A DNA stretch of 64,000 bases from Haliotis rubra (taxonomy: Eukaryota), in the NCBI RefSeq assembly GCF_003918875.1, contig NW_025765225.1, forward strand, positions 1,550,001 to 1,614,000, given 5' to 3'. The notes beneath the pieces were generated by a model. It had not been told where the DNA came from and made no database searches. It worked only from the letters and a program-made list of their open reading frames with translations. The position numbers were made by a program, and so were the translations under genes. How positions within the stretch are numbered: position 1 is the first letter of the stretch; each line of letters begins with the position of its first letter. Shown piece by piece: positions 1 through 13,580 of this stretch.

Positions 1-510
1 GTTTGTCTGTATCATACCCGTGTCTGTGGGTTTCTTATATGATCCTTGGTTTGTCTGCATCATACCCGTGTCTGTGGGTTTCTCATATGTGATCCTTGGT
101 TTGTCTGCACCCCTCCCGCGTTTCTGGTTTCCCATATGTGATCTTTGGTTTTTCTGCATCATACCCGTGTTTGTGGGTTTCCCATATGAATCTTGCTTTG
201 TCCACACACTACCCGCGTCTGTTGGTTTCCCATATGATCCTTAGTTTGTCTGCACCATACCCGTGTTTGTGGGTTTCCTATGTGATCCTTGCTTTGTCTG
301 TATCAGACCCGTGTTTGTGGGTTTCCCATATACGACTCTTAGTTTGTCTACTGTTGGTGGGTTTCCCATATGGTCCTTGGTTTGTCTGCACAATACATAT
401 GGTGAGAAATTTCCCATGTGATCGTACGTTTGTCTGTCTACCGTTGGTTGGTTTCCAATACTAGTATATGATCCTTGGTGTGGTTGCGCCCTACCCGTGT
501 TTGTTGGTGT
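1..510. repeat. Minisatellite, ~48-bp unit, ~10 degenerate copies, runs off the window start
   Basis: Recurrent GTTTGTCTGCATCATACCCGTGT(C/T)TGTGGGTTTCCCATATGTGATCCTTG. Confidence 0.9.
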
Positions 511-973
511 TCTCATGTATCACTTCACTTTCATGTTTTCATCTGTATTAAACTGAGACATGACACCAGATTCTCCGTGCTATCTCATGCGTTGAACGCA
601 AAATACTCTTTAACACAAAATAAATCTCAGATTTATTCCTTTTTATGTCAATCATAGATCATTATCATAGCTTGTGTGTATGAATATAGCTGAGAATAGC
701 ATTACAGCACGCTTGAAGTGATACGTTCGCCGTGTAGGAGGCCGTTTTTCACTAATGTTGTGGAATGTAGACACGATCTTGCTCGACGACAGTTACTTCT
801 AAGATGTCGGGGTGATGGATTGTCAAGTGGTATTAGATGTGAAAACTGAGTTCCCCGGTTACTAAGTTCCCCAGAATCAAGTGACTTTGGATTCGAACCC
901 AAGATTCACCCCAATTATGGACCTCGGTCTACCAATAAAGATTATTATTCGAATATGTTTTCATCTTACACAA

Positions 974-1284
974 GGCCAGACCAACTTTATTTCTTGTTTT
1001 ACGGATTTTTGTACTCAAAAAACCTAAAGGCAGGAGGGAAAAAAATAAAAATAAACATAAATAAATGTTAAAAGTATTTTACTTTTGGCAATTTATAAAG
1101 TGTATATGGGACAAAACACAATCTAAAAAAACTTTTCTTGTAAATTTACATTTTTGACCAATAAAACCCCCAAAACATTAGGATTATATTTTTAGAGCGG
1201 GGAAAATTAACTTTTATTTTTTTTCTTATTCTTGAAAAAATATGACAGGCGGATCCGTAAAACAAGAAATAAAATTGGCTGGCC
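974..1284. mobile_element. MITE with ~32-bp terminal inverted repeats (possibly PIF/Harbinger-like)
   Basis: GGCCAGACCAACTTTATTTCTTGTTTTACGGAT ... ATCCGTAAAACAAGAAATAAAATTGGCTGGCC; flanked by CAA/TAA; AT-rich non-coding interior. Confidence 0.7.
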
Positions 1285-1532
1285 TAAATTAAAAAAGGGA
1301 GTCTTTGACAACGATGAAACATAATAAAACATGTTTAATTTAGTTAATGTATGACATTTTACGAGCTAAATAACCATTTTGTCATCTGATGCCATTCTTT
1401 AAATAAATGTTTAAGCCATTGTTTGTCTGCATCAGCGAAGAAACTTAAGAAAACTGACAGTAATACAATTCCTAAATTAAAGCATAATGTTTTATATGGT
1501 GCTATTCATAATCATGTGTACATACATACACA

Positions 1533-2306
1533 CACTCTTCACAAAAAAAAGGAAACGCATGAGCCAAAAATAACGAAATATATTAAGACTTATTTAAGTG
1601 TACATAAGTCGATTAAGCTTGAACACAGACGAATGAAATTCGACACACGGATGAACTTATGTATTGTTGTCAGTGTCAGCATTGATTCAGTTCACTCACT
1701 GCACATGTCTGGACACAAGAGGGCGTTCAGGTCACGTGGTGACACCACCCCTTTCAGCCGTCACTGCTCGACACCGCCTTGGAAGGGATTGCATCGGATC
1801 TTTACTTGGGGGATCCATCGCCATTCCCCCTGCAACGCGTTGGAGGATGGTGACGTTTACGAACGCGTCGATCAAGTTCGTCCCATAGATGCTCGATCGG
1901 GTTCAGATCAGACGATTTGGAAGGCCATTGACTTTTGCATTGGCGAGATAGGCACCTGTTACACGAGCTATGTGGGTCGAGCTTTGTCGTGTTTAAACAG
2001 CTCCCTCTGGCGGTTAAAAAGTGGGAGGAGGTGAAGTCGCAGGATTTGGTCGATGTAGCGATTGCTGTAAGACTGCCTTAAACGTGCATTACGTGGAAAA
2101 CCCTTTCTGTATACAGTTTTCATGCTTCAGTTTCTTTTTTTATGACAAACGTTTACAAACACATTTTGGAATGCGTGCGTGCAAAACACAACAACCACGA
2201 CATGATTAACGGGATTCAAACATAGGAATTGTCTGTACGGCGATTGTTGTCAAAATATATCAAAATGAACTGCTGAAAACGCCTATGCGTTCTTTTTTAA
2301 AGAGTG
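1533..2306 (-). mobile_element. Internally deleted Tc1-family transposon
   Basis: TIRs CACTCTTC..AAAAAAAGGAAACGCAT / TGCGTTCTTTTTTAAAGAGTG followed by TA; minus strand encodes KHDKARP and WPSKSSDLNPIEHLWDELDRR (Tc1 catalytic-domain motifs). Confidence 0.85.
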
Positions 2307-3419
2307 TATATAATGTTTCAAAGGGTAACTATGTCCAACCGACACAATAGCACCCGCTACACACATTGATAGTATGCGTGAAAATCTGTGTGTTTATTTA
2401 CCAACACCACACGGTGCACTCCTGTGCCGCGATAGCGGCAAGTAAACAAACCAGACGATCAGGTGATGGAGCAGACTAGACAAATGACCCCAACACTGTC
2501 AGGTCTGGTAAGTAGTAAGCTATTTCAATCCTAATGAATTACCCTATTCAAAAGGTAACGACCATCTGTCATGATACAGTACAGTTCTTGCACGACAACT
2601 TGAAGGTTAAAGTGATATCAGTCTGAATCATTTTTCGTGTTTGGCATGAAGCCCGCATGCCGATTTCATGCGTGCCAGTTCTAAATTTGGTTAATTTTTC
2701 AGAGAACGACGGTTGAGATTGATCGTTTTTCTGTCACCGACTAACATTTGTTTCCTGGGTTTAATTTAGTCAGAGTCGATTCGAAATTGGCTGAGTTGTG
2801 GATTGCACCTTTTACCGGATATCGTCTGCTGTATGTGTAGGTCACGTGGTGTGTGTAGCCAGCGATGCCAAATTGGATCACATGCATGGTGGCAACGAAA
2901 GTGCAGTGTAGGATGTGCTAAGCAATTTGACACGACACTCCATAATCACAGAGCCTTTTTATAAGGTAAAACAGAGCGAGTGAACAATGGATCTCCAAAA
3001 CGTACTCGGCCATCAACAACACGTGAGGATATGCAAACTTATCATTCGGAATATCACCACTGAATGAAAGAAAGAGGGAATCCTACTGGGTTTTTGAATG
3101 CTTATATAAACGGCTCTAGTGGCATTTTAGCCGGGTAAAGGTTATGTTGCCTGCTTATATTATCGTATTCAGCATTACTTATTCTATGCAATACTTCCCT
3201 TTATTCCAAGAATACTGTGACATTTCCCTTATTCCAGTACACTCAGTCTGACATTCCCGCTTTAAAAAAAATACTGATATTCCCTATATTCCTCGCCTAC
3301 TTTGACATTCCCTATTTCCAGGAGATATCAGTTTGACATATTCCCCTTATTTCATGTGATACTTGGTCCGACATTTCACATATTCCGAGTCGTGGCGGAG
3401 CTCAGCCTGACACACCTGA

Positions 3420-3542
3420 GGGGTGGAAGCCTAGTGGTCAAAGCGTTCGCTCGTCACGCCGAAGACCCGGGTTTCCCAATATGGGTACAACGTGTGAAGC
3501 CCATTTCTGGTGTCCCCCGCCATGATATTGCTGGAATATTGC
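3420..3542 (+). mobile_element. tRNA-derived SINE family A, tail truncated
   Basis: Matches consensus TAGCCTAGTGGTTAAAGCGTTCGCTCGTCACGCCGAAGACCCGGGTTCGATTCCCCACATGGGTAC...GCTGGAATATTGC. Confidence 0.85.
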
Positions 3543-5361
3543 GAGAGCTTTCAAATGATATAACGTTTGTTCTTGACTGTGTGGTCAAGTTCTCACTGCT
3601 GGCCATTCCGAAGTTGTCCCTCCCTGGCTTATATCAGACATGCTATACTTTGACACATTTATCTTTTCCTTACAATCATATGCCGACATAATGGTTTCGC
3701 GATAGGCATAACAAGGCTTCGGGAAATCTTAACAGTGACAAATATGACTGTTCAATACGAAGAAATAGCGATTAGTTGTACCTAAAGTATACACTTATGG
3801 TTTTCGTTATTCTAAATATATACAGTAAAATATTTAACTAAAATAACACGTAGTTAAAATATATTGTTCATGAAATAAATGATGTCAGTTACAATACATT
3901 CCAATCATTGCATCAAATGGGCTATATGGATGGAACCTGTTTATACTATATGACCGGTAGACTGGGAGAAAAGGTACAAATATACATAAGATTGAAAGAT
4001 GGAAAACTTGGTAACTAAGCTGATGAAATCATCAGCGGCACTGAAGACTGATCATTGTAAGGAATACACATATTGTTGAAACACAATCTAAAAATATCTT
4101 AATAATGTACCTGTTATTTGTTTTCCACCAAATTCTATCTAATATATAACTAAACAAAATGAGGTTTTCAAACAGAAAAACCTGCCAATTTGACCAAATT
4201 ACACCTGTCACGAACGCCAAAACCTATTTCATTCTTTGTTCAAGAAACTATCATAATGAAGGCACTATAGAGTCCATTTGCGGGTCATTTTAAACAGAAG
4301 TGTCATTATATACATATATGTCGTTTCATCACGATGTCTTCGGGCAGGGAGTATTAACTGCAATTGTTTACTAATAAGCTTCGCTACAAAACTGATACAG
4401 CGCCGAAAACTAACAAGCATTACTGTTCCATCGACATCGCCACAGATAACGATTACTGCTCTGAGTCTTTGAGAAATTTCATATCTTATACGGATATTGC
4501 AGACTGCAGAAACGCGGGGAATAACAATAATTCGAGACTGAATTTCCGTAGCAATCAAGTACATGGATGTCTTCGGGTAATTTAGGGATATTGCGATCTC
4601 GACGTAAACGAAACTGAATAGCTTGCTTGCCCTCCGATGCAATGACCTTTGTTAATACCGTATAGTAAATACGTTTTGCCAAGATCTGGGATTTCTGGTT
4701 TCTCCATAATATAATGTCATTTAGAACATCAATTGTAGATGTATAATGGTAAATCTATTGGAAGGTGTGGACCCGTGTGCTCAATCATTTAAGGTGAATA
4801 ACACATTTTCGAACAAATCTGATCAAGGCAATATGTTTCGAAACCTCTGTATACACCAACAGTATTTACCCAAGTATTACCTTTGCCGCGACTTTAAGAA
4901 GGAGCAGTAGATACCTGCACAAGATCCGACTTCTCGAAGTCCATGGTCTGAACTTGTAGGTCATGATGTCTGGTTTAAGAATGATTTCCAGATCATGGCA
5001 TGTAAATCCCAATTATTGTCTTAATTGCTGATATCGGACATGTACATAAGCGTAATTCCAACATCGCAAAATCACTCAGAATGCCTACCTAATCAGTTTG
5101 TAATTGTTCCAACTGACAAGGCCTCAGATAACATAGTTATAATATGTTAACTAGGCATCACTACATTTAGCGTGTAATTAAATTGGCATTCGTTATGTTT
5201 GCTCCACACAGGGTCAGTGGGTTACTTGAGGAAACTTAAATCTAAATTTCGAGAATATTTTTGAACATAAGATCACGTAACATAAGATTACATAAAATTA
5301 TTGTGAAGTTTGTGCAACAAAATCAGAAATTTGACACCAATATTATTGGTTATTCTTTTCA

Positions 5362-5524
5362 GGGGCGGTAGGAAAGCCCATTGGTTGAAACGTTCGCTCG
5401 TCACGCCGAACACCCTGGGTTGATTCCCCACATAGGTACAATGTGTGATGCCCATTTCTGGTGTCCCCCGCAGTGATATTGCTGGAATATTGTTAAAAGC
5501 GGCGTAAAACCCAACTCACTCACT
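5362..5524 (+). mobile_element. tRNA-derived SINE family A
   Basis: tRNA-like head, body, GCGGCGTAAAAC(ACTC)n tail. Confidence 0.85.
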
Positions 5525-5729
5525 GACTATTCTATTCAGTTTTTCGTTGTGCCACACACACGGCAATGACATAACGGCTGTTTGAACACGGTCCGCAACG
5601 TGCAACATTTCACGTGATAACCTTCGCGATCGCACATACATTGGAATGTAAGCAAACAGACATCACTAAACAGGAAAACGCAGCAATAAAATACAGAAGC
5701 CAGTATGTCGCAACTCAACAAGCCAGCAT

Positions 5730-6530
5730 CATGAGCGTACCATGGGTAGGTTTAACACTGGACCATTCGTTTCAGTAGTTGCACGAATGCTTGTACAGGC
5801 GTCAGATGATACACAGTCTGCAGATCCGCATATAACAGACGGGGACCGGTTACGCCTCGTGACGTACATGTCAGGTTACGTCACCTTCACAGGAAACTTG
5901 TGATTGTAACCTCAAGAAAGGTTCTTCAGAGGTAGAGTGTGAGCAGACCCACCTGGAATAGACATTTTACCGCATATAACTTTGCTTGACCTACCTTCAA
6001 AGTTTACACAGATATGCCAGATTCAAACAGAGGTAGTGGGACAGCGCTGTCTTCAGTGGCGAGGCCCGCTTCAAAATGCGCTTTGCCGATGGCAGGGTGT
6101 GGACGTCTTGGTTGATCAATTTGGAGGGGCCAGCGTAATGGTCCGGAGAGGGGGGGGGGATTTTGTGCAAGAGGTGGATCTCAGTTGATTGTCGTAGAGA
6201 GGAATTTGACTGCCCAACTTATCAGAACCAGGTTTTGACCCCAAGTCCTTCTATCATTCATGCAGCTACATGGTCCTGGATTGAACTTTCAACATGACAA
6301 CATCAAGCCCCATACTGCAGTTCGTATATGGTACGTATTAGGTACCGCTACTGTCATTGACTGACCTTCCTGTTCCCAAGACTTGAACCCGATCGAACAC
6401 ATTTGGGATGATCTTGGAAGACGGTTGCGGTAGCAGATGAATCAACCTCTGACCTTGCAAGAACTTGTTAGCGAGTTCCGGCAGGTGCTATTGTCCACAA
6501 GGAGACATCTTGTCGTCCTAGGATATCACA
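5730..6530 (+). pseudogene. Degraded Tc1 transposase relic
   Basis: Frameshifted motifs QFGGASVMV, FQHDNIKPHTA, DLNPIEHIWDDLGRR. Confidence 0.75.
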
Positions 6531-6589
6531 GACGTCATTGACTTCTTCTCTTCCTCAAGTTTTATCAGTATGAAGTTCGCGTTTAGAAG

Positions 6590-6752
6590 AGTGAGTGTGT
6601 TAGTTTAGTTTTACGCCACTTTTAGCAATATTCCAGCAATATCGGCGGACAACAGAAATGGGCTTCGCACATTGTACCCATGTGGGGTATCGAACCCGGG
6701 TCTTCAACGTGACGAACGAATGCTTTAACCACTAGACTACCACACCGCTTCC
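6590..6752 (-). mobile_element. tRNA-derived SINE family A
   Basis: Reverse complement of the family A consensus. Confidence 0.85.
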
Positions 6753-7364
6753 CAGCATTAAGGGGACCATGGCACGTCATGCATTATTTTAGCAATAAAA
6801 TGAGGCCGCAAATCACTCTTATTCGTCTGTATTGTTACCTGGATGATAGCAAAGTACTACGCATCTATTTTCATAATCACACTTCTTCCACTGTGAGATT
6901 GAATTTAACACGTGTCAAGTTTTAATTTGGTTGAGTATGTTGAACTTGAATTGAATCAAAATGTCAGATCTGCACATGCTCATTTAACCCACGTATTTGA
7001 TACCTTCTGTGAATTCTGATTCAAGCTCACCTTGCGAAGTGTGTGCCCTTCGTCAACATTCATTATTGTTGGATTTCGTTTGGTTGATATATTTCCTCTG
7101 ATGATCACTCAGCGTTGTTCAGTCACAAAAGTGTAAGATGTGGCGTAGAATTGGAGGTAATGAGGTATACAGAAAGTGACTGGTGTGCCTAAACACATTA
7201 CACTATTGGAATCAGAGGACCACATAGGAAGCTGTGTGTTCAATATCACAGGTAAAGTTAAAAGGAAACTTAACGTAGCTCTTTTGTAGTGAGTGACTAA
7301 TGTTTCACGATTTTCTTTTGTAGGATCAACTAACAAAGGCGTGGTATTGATGCTACGGCTAAAT

Positions 7365-7572
7365 ACCCATGAAGATCCGGGGTAGAACTGCAGCAACCCA
7401 TCCTTGTAAGAAGCGTTTAAGGGATGGGGTGGTCAGGCTGGCTGGCTTGGTTCAGTCGCGTAGATCGATGCTCATGATGTTAAACAGTGGGTTTTATGGT
7501 CAAGATCATTTACAGACCGCCGTCATATTGCGGGAACATTGCAGCGGGAGTGCTAGTATTAACAAACAAACA
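7365..7572 (+). mobile_element. SINE-like family B, diverged copy
   Basis: ACCCATGAAGATCCGGGGTAGAA...GGGTGGTCAGGCT...TTTACAGACCGCCGTCATA...AACAAACAAAC. Confidence 0.7.
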
Positions 7573-8003
7573 AACATAGTGTGGCAAAAAATGTTGAAAC
7601 ATTAATTAAGTTAAGACAGTATTGCAGTAACAGTGCGATGGTAAAGTTAGAACCTTGATGTTCACTCAGTCCAGACATCATGACGCTTTTTGGATTCAAT
7701 ATTTAATCATCGAACGTTGGAAATCTCAAATTATACAACTATAAACTGAAATGTTGTAGGGTTTTAAAGGTGGTACATTATTCCAAAACTAATTAATGTT
7801 GTAGACTACTGTCTGTAGATACAAACGGAATCTGATAACAGTAGATCTGACTTTTATCTAATATAAAATAAATTAAATATAAACTGTATATGTAAAAAAA
7901 TAAATGGAAACGTATTTATAAGAGGTTGGATGTCATCATGTGTTTTTTTCCGTATGAAGTGCATTCAACCTTTGAATAGTCTATTAAGCTTCGATATCCG
8001 CTA

Positions 8004-8169
8004 GGGGCGGTGGGGTAGCCTAGTGGTTAAAGCGTCGGCTCGTCACGCCGAAGACCCGGGTTCGAATCCCCACATGGGTACAATGTGTGATGCCCATTTC
8101 TGGTGTCCCCCGCCGTGATGTTGCTGGAATATTGCTAAAAGCGGCGTAAAACCAAACTCAGTCAGTCAG
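8004..8169 (+). mobile_element. tRNA-derived SINE family A, full length with 13-bp TSD
   Basis: A box TAGCCTAGTGG, B box GGTTCGAATCC, GTC anticodon-like loop (tRNA-Asp-like); perfect TSD TCGATATCCGCTA at 7991-8003 and 8170-8182. Confidence 0.95.
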
Positions 8170-9100
8170 TCGATATCCGCTATAAGGTTACACTTACCAT
8201 TCCGATCAGAGCGTGGACAATTACAATACATTGATAGTTTTAAGTGAGCTACAGAATATTGTTGCTGTAATACTATATCATGTTGTCTTTGGTTTAGATG
8301 TTAAAGTAGCACCAGTACATTTTTTTGTCATTTTCAACGACAGTTCGGAATTTTGTTTCACGGGTTTCTTTTCCAAATTGACATTATTGGGGTCTTCTTA
8401 CGGACTGACGAACTATTGCTGATTAAATATAAGAGCTTGGAGTCTCTATGCTCAGACACAATTCTAGGCAACACAAGTACAAGACGCTTTCAAGAAGAAG
8501 AACATTAAGTATTCTGTCGTAATCTGTGTTTCTGATCTCCCACCCGCGGTGAATTTTCATTTCGAAGCAAAATAATAAAAAAGTTTTCCTATTTTCATTT
8601 CCCCCCCGCCGCTCTGGAAATGTCATAACCTGATAAAAACATTATCTTAATCTTTCAAATCCATAAAAATCCAGGTCAATTTGATCTCTTTTCGTCTACG
8701 TTTATTGAATTTGTTTCTTCTGAAGCAAAGCTACTCGATCTACATCGTAAATTCATTTCTGACTTTTACCATGTGATCTAACTTTAAAAATGTTATAGCA
8801 TAAGTGAATTAGTGCAAACTGGTATTCAGGTTTGTCTTTTCAATATGTCATTCGCTCGCCGCTCTTTCACTTGTTGAGGTTTGAGATAAGAAAATGTGAA
8901 AAGGTACGGATGGCCCAATAAACTGCTGCAAATGGGGGTAAAGTGTTAACACTTCATGTATCATGAATCGAAGTCTAATTTATTCTGTCCCGACAAAATT
9001 AATACATAAACGCGATTTGATAATTTGAATGTTTGTTATTTCGGATTGTTTTTGTGGGAACGGCAACGGCTGGATTAAGGAGGGATTGGATAGGGGAGGA

Positions 9101-9265
9101 GGGTGTGGTGTGTGGTGTGTGGTGTGTGGTGTGTGGTGTGTGGTGAGGTGTGTGTGGTGTGGTGTGGTGTGGCGGTCTGTGTGTCCTTGTGTTAGTTAGT
9201 GTGTTGTATACATATATATATATATAATATTTATATATGTGTGTGTGTGTTTTGTGTGCGTGTGT
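9101..9265. repeat. Compound microsatellite (GTGTG)n/(TA)n/(TG)n
   Basis: Direct reading. Confidence 0.9.
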
Positions 9266-9954
9266 GTTTCTTTGCGTAGCGTTAATAGGGAAGAAGATAA
9301 CTTGAAATTTTTTTTTATTCCGTCGTATTCTAATAGCCAATAGTACGTGAATTAATGTAATTAAGAAGCGTTCTGACACTGATTAGCTATGTAATAGGAG
9401 ATCAATGGTCGTTAAAACATCTACGGTGGTGTATTTCTTCAATAAAACACAAATCGGGCTGGCTCTTTACGTCTTGCCACCGATATAGCGAAAGTAAGGA
9501 GATCTTGATCGTAAGACCGCTGATTAAGTTTCAGGTTCTTATACGAAGACGTTTCGTTTACTCACCATAAGCCTTTACTTTAAATGTGCCAATGAATGAA
9601 CAATGTCATTAACTCTGGATACAATCAGCAGTCTCGATGCTCTAGTGGAAGGCGCGTCTGTCCAGAGAGCAGAAGACTGATCAATACCAAAAGATGATAA
9701 AACAAGCTACTTTTTATCCCGTCTTTTAATCTTCAAAGCGATGACAATTTCACCGCATAATCTTGTTGTATGTAGACGCAATTGTATAAAGTATTTCCTT
9801 GTAATGGACAGTTTTTGCGTGCAGTCTCTCTGGAGTTTTTAATGGGGATAGCAAGGGAAACTGAATGTTCTAGCCTATATGAAAACTACCATCACCGAAG
9901 GACACACACACACAAAAACAACCGATGTGAAAAAGGTTTGAGTTTTTTATAGGG

Positions 9955-10167
9955 TTGGTTGGTTTGTTGCTTAACGCTGCGTCTGTGAGTAGTCAATCTG
10001 GACCAGCCAATAAAGAGATCTGCAGCATGAGCATCAATATAAGCAATTGGGACACGATGACATGTGTCAACCAAGTCTGCGAGCCTGACAACCCGATCCC
10101 GTTAGTTGCCTCTTACGACAAGCATGGGTTACTGAACACCAATTCTAACCCGGATCTTCACGGGTTC
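9955..10167 (-). mobile_element. SINE-like family B
   Basis: ...GCCTCTTACGACAAGCATGGGTTACTGAACACCAATTCTAACCCGGATCTTCACGGGT. Confidence 0.85.
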
Positions 10168-11044
10168 TATATAGGGAGACGTGGTTCAGCCCCGGTATAT
10201 TGATGCAAATTATTCAAAACCCGGTTTTCGTTTGTCTTTAACCTCAGATTTAAAGTGAACATGAACCTTGAAGTTTGTGGTACTCGAAATGTGCGTGGAC
10301 AATGTCATATTGAATGGGTGCCTAATTCTCAAGTCAAGCATGGACACCGGATTGTAGTTTATAAACCATTAAACTTAACAAATGTTTAAGATGTATTTTC
10401 TCTTTTTTTAAATGTAATTTATCTTTTCCCAAAGTACGTGGTGGTATCACATAATCTAAAGGATAAACAATGCTACAGAGGAACTCTGGTTTACAAGCGA
10501 TTCTGACTGTTCACAACTTGTATAAAATGTCGTTTATCATATGGCCTTAAAAACATCATTTAGATAAATGAATAACAAGAAAATGAACTGTATACGCTAA
10601 TGTGACTGTTATCACAGCTTATATGGAAATAGTGGCTTCGGTCGAAGATAATTGCATGGGACATTCCATCTGTCTCGCAAAACCCTGGAGCCTTCTTTGT
10701 CATTCCAGTGAATTGTAAATGGATTTAGTAGAAGGCTAAATGTATCGTCTTCGAGTAAACTCCATAACATTTTTCATGGGAAAATCTCTTTCTGATTATG
10801 TTGGTTTACATTGTTTAAGGAGCACCGACACTGTCCAGTCATGTCTCCATGTGGGTATATAGCTTTTCATACCATTAATCTCTACTCTGAAATTGTCCGT
10901 TAACGTACACGGTATCATGTATAGTTGCATGTGACTTACCGTCTCCCTGCTGTAGTGGATAAACAGTCTGCCCTTGAGCATCAATGTTATATGGAAAGAA
11001 TTCTAGTGTAACATTTGGCAAGCAGAAAGTGGAGCATAGTCGCC

Positions 11045-11130
11045 TTTCACATGTACCCATGTGGGGAATCGAACCCTGGTCTTCGGCGTGACGAGCAGAC
11101 GTTTTAACCACTAGGCTACCCCACCGCCCC
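11045..11130 (-). mobile_element. SINE family A, head only
   Basis: GTACCCATGTGGGGAATCGAACCC...CCACTAGGCTACCCCACCGCCCC. Confidence 0.85.
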
Positions 11131-12368
11131 AGAAATGTTTAAAGTGTATTGCAATGGGTTTACGCAGTGCCCTTAAAGAGATATATTTATCAACGTGTAG
11201 GAACGTTAGTATGCAAGTTCTTTTGAGCTTGTTGACCGATCCAGTTCATGAATTTTGTTGTTTTTTCATGAAATTAATATGTTTAAACCACTGTGCAAAT
11301 CAACCAGCCAAAACGACAACCTAGCCCGTTCTTTTACGGAAAAACATTTATTCTTGGTCCTCCTATAACGGACCACGACAACAGTTATTGAGAGGGAAAT
11401 AACTGATAAGTCGATAAACTATACACACATGTCAATCTTTTAGAATTTGTCTTTGATGTTTTCATTTGTAGACCTGTTATAAGCAGTTATTACAAGTTAT
11501 GTCTAAAATGCTTGAATTGTTTTGGTTTTGGACGTTTTGACAAATTTCATTGATTCAACGTTGCACTGCTGGCATAAAATGAACCCGCCGTTATTGCAAA
11601 GACATCTTGACCGTCTCCATTTGATCTCTGTTCAAGTTCTTTACAGCGTAACAGGAAATGTACATTAACGTATACCTTGAAAAGTAACTTGTAACTAAAC
11701 ATCCACAAACTACGAAGATTTTGTTTGGGTGGAATATACCAACATGAGTCGCAACATGTGCGATCGCCACCGAATCGATTTTAATAAATTGTAACAAACA
11801 TGCAATTGACGTCACAATAAATCATCATGACTTCATCATACGGTCTGGCAAACCAGGGACTGGCAAACCATGACACAGCTGAATTCTTTAATTGCTTTAA
11901 CCCGTAATGGTAATCCCCTTCTTGAACAAATCAACGTTCTGTTCAAGAGTAGCAAACTGAAAACCTGAACATTTGATTACATCTGTATATCCCACACCTT
12001 CCTTCCTAGAGTAACATCACAGCCCATTTACCACCGATCTGATATTCGAGCAAATATTTATCACGTAAGTAAATATTGCCATTCACTCTATCCTCTAATA
12101 ATCTCCTGGGCTCCATTGTTATGCAGGCTTTCATGTTCGTGTGTACTTGGTGCCCCGTTATAACGACAGCTCTTGTTGTGTAGGTTTGCCCACAGCGTTG
12201 TGGAGACAGATGTTTCAGATGGTAATTAGTATTTGTGTTTCCCATTATTTCACTGACCCCTTCTGTGTGTGTAGGGGGACTCAATTTACTCCAATTTCCT
12301 CCTAGAACCGCTCATATTAGAAAAACACTCCAGTGTAGCAATTACTGAAACACATCCACACACCATCC

Positions 12369-12758
12369 ATTTATTGCATTGATTCTTTTTTGTTACATTT
12401 GTGGTCAACTTTCGAGGAATACGGCCTGGAACTGAAAGGTATATATTTCACAGGTACCGTTATCATATGCGAGTTCTTTAGATGACATCTGCATCCTTCA
12501 TCGGGGAGACATTCAAAATATGACACTAGTGTTGTAGTCTGAAGCTTCTACATTGGTATCTTGTCAGCGGTTTATTGCATTGATCCTTTTTTGCTACGTT
12601 TGGGCGCAACTTTCGAGGAATACGGCCTGTAACTGAAAGATATATATTTCACAGAAGCGCGTTCTTTAGATGACATCTGGATCTTTCATCGGAGAGACAT
12701 TCAAAACATGACACTCCTGTTGCAATCGGAAGATTCTACATTGGTATCTTGTCAGCGG
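12369..12758. repeat. Tandem duplication, two diverged copies of ~190-200 bp
   Basis: TTTATTGCATTGAT...CAACTTTCGAGGAATACGGCCTG...CTTCTACATTGGTATCTTGTCAGCGG occurs at ~12369-12570 and ~12571-12758. Confidence 0.9.
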
Positions 12759-12959
12759 ATCATCATTTCCTATTCTTGTCACACCTTACTGCCCTCGTAA
12801 ACAACAATACCAGACTGATATTGTGTGATAATGTCATAAATTAGTACGTGACATTTATCTTAAAACAAAACTTGATATTTAAAGATGTCAAAAACATTTA
12901 ATAGTGTACACGTGAAGGTTATATACCACATAACCCCTTATTTATCGATCACATTTATA

Positions 12960-13580
12960 AATAAAGGCCAACTTATTTTCTTCGCCGCTTAAGAAACTTT
13001 TCTATTGACAAAACCATAATGACCGTTTTTTATCAAACCATTATTCAAAGTGTCTTGACCTACAGTTTTCTTTGTTGGTATGGGGGTCTGTCTGCTCGTT
13101 ACAAAAAACAAACCTTTCAAAATTGTTAATACTGCCAGCAAAATTGCTGGAGTGTCGTTCGAGTATATTCTCTTTATCTATGAGCGCCAGATTGTCAAAA
13201 AGGCAAACTTAGAATTGATAGTTCCCATATTTTATCTCACCATTTTGAACTACTTACTTCTGGACGCCGCTTTCGATTACCTTCCCTCAAAACAAACAGA
13301 GCTCGACAGTCTTTCATACCAACCAATATTCGTGAATGCAACACATGTTTTGAATCATCATCATGTGATAACCACTAAAATTATTCTGCCTCTTTACCTA
13401 TGTGGTTACTTGTATTGAATCACGTCAGTTTCATTGTGTATATGTGTATAACCAGCTACAGCATTCATAATGTGCATGTAATCATTGTGTATATTTTTCG
13501 TAAATTGTGTTTATATTCATTTTGAGACCGTTTTGATGCAAAAAGGATTTCCTCCTGGATAAGAAAAGTTGTATGTTATC
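12960..13580 (+). mobile_element. Rex1/Babar-clade LINE 3' fragment (RT C-terminus, decayed)
   Basis: Frameshifted YFLRRLRNFSIDKTIMTVFYQTIIQSVLTYSFLCWYGGL...IVNTASKIAG...FELLTSGRRFRLPSLKTNRARQSFIP, matching the Rex1 C-terminal pattern (LLPSGRRY). Confidence 0.75.

Noticed and set aside
1423-2034. 203-aa plus-strand ORF
   Set aside because: Antisense shadow of the Tc1 transposase relic
4265-4682. Cluster of overlapping 64-125 aa ORFs
   Set aside because: No recognisable domain, signal peptide or splice structure
8004-8075. tRNA-Asp genes (this and ~20 similar heads)
   Set aside because: SINE heads: acceptor stem not intact, constant downstream body and tail, TSDs present
9540-9582. Minus-strand GAAACGTC hammerhead-like remnant
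   Set aside because: No CUGANGA core or stem I; too degenerate
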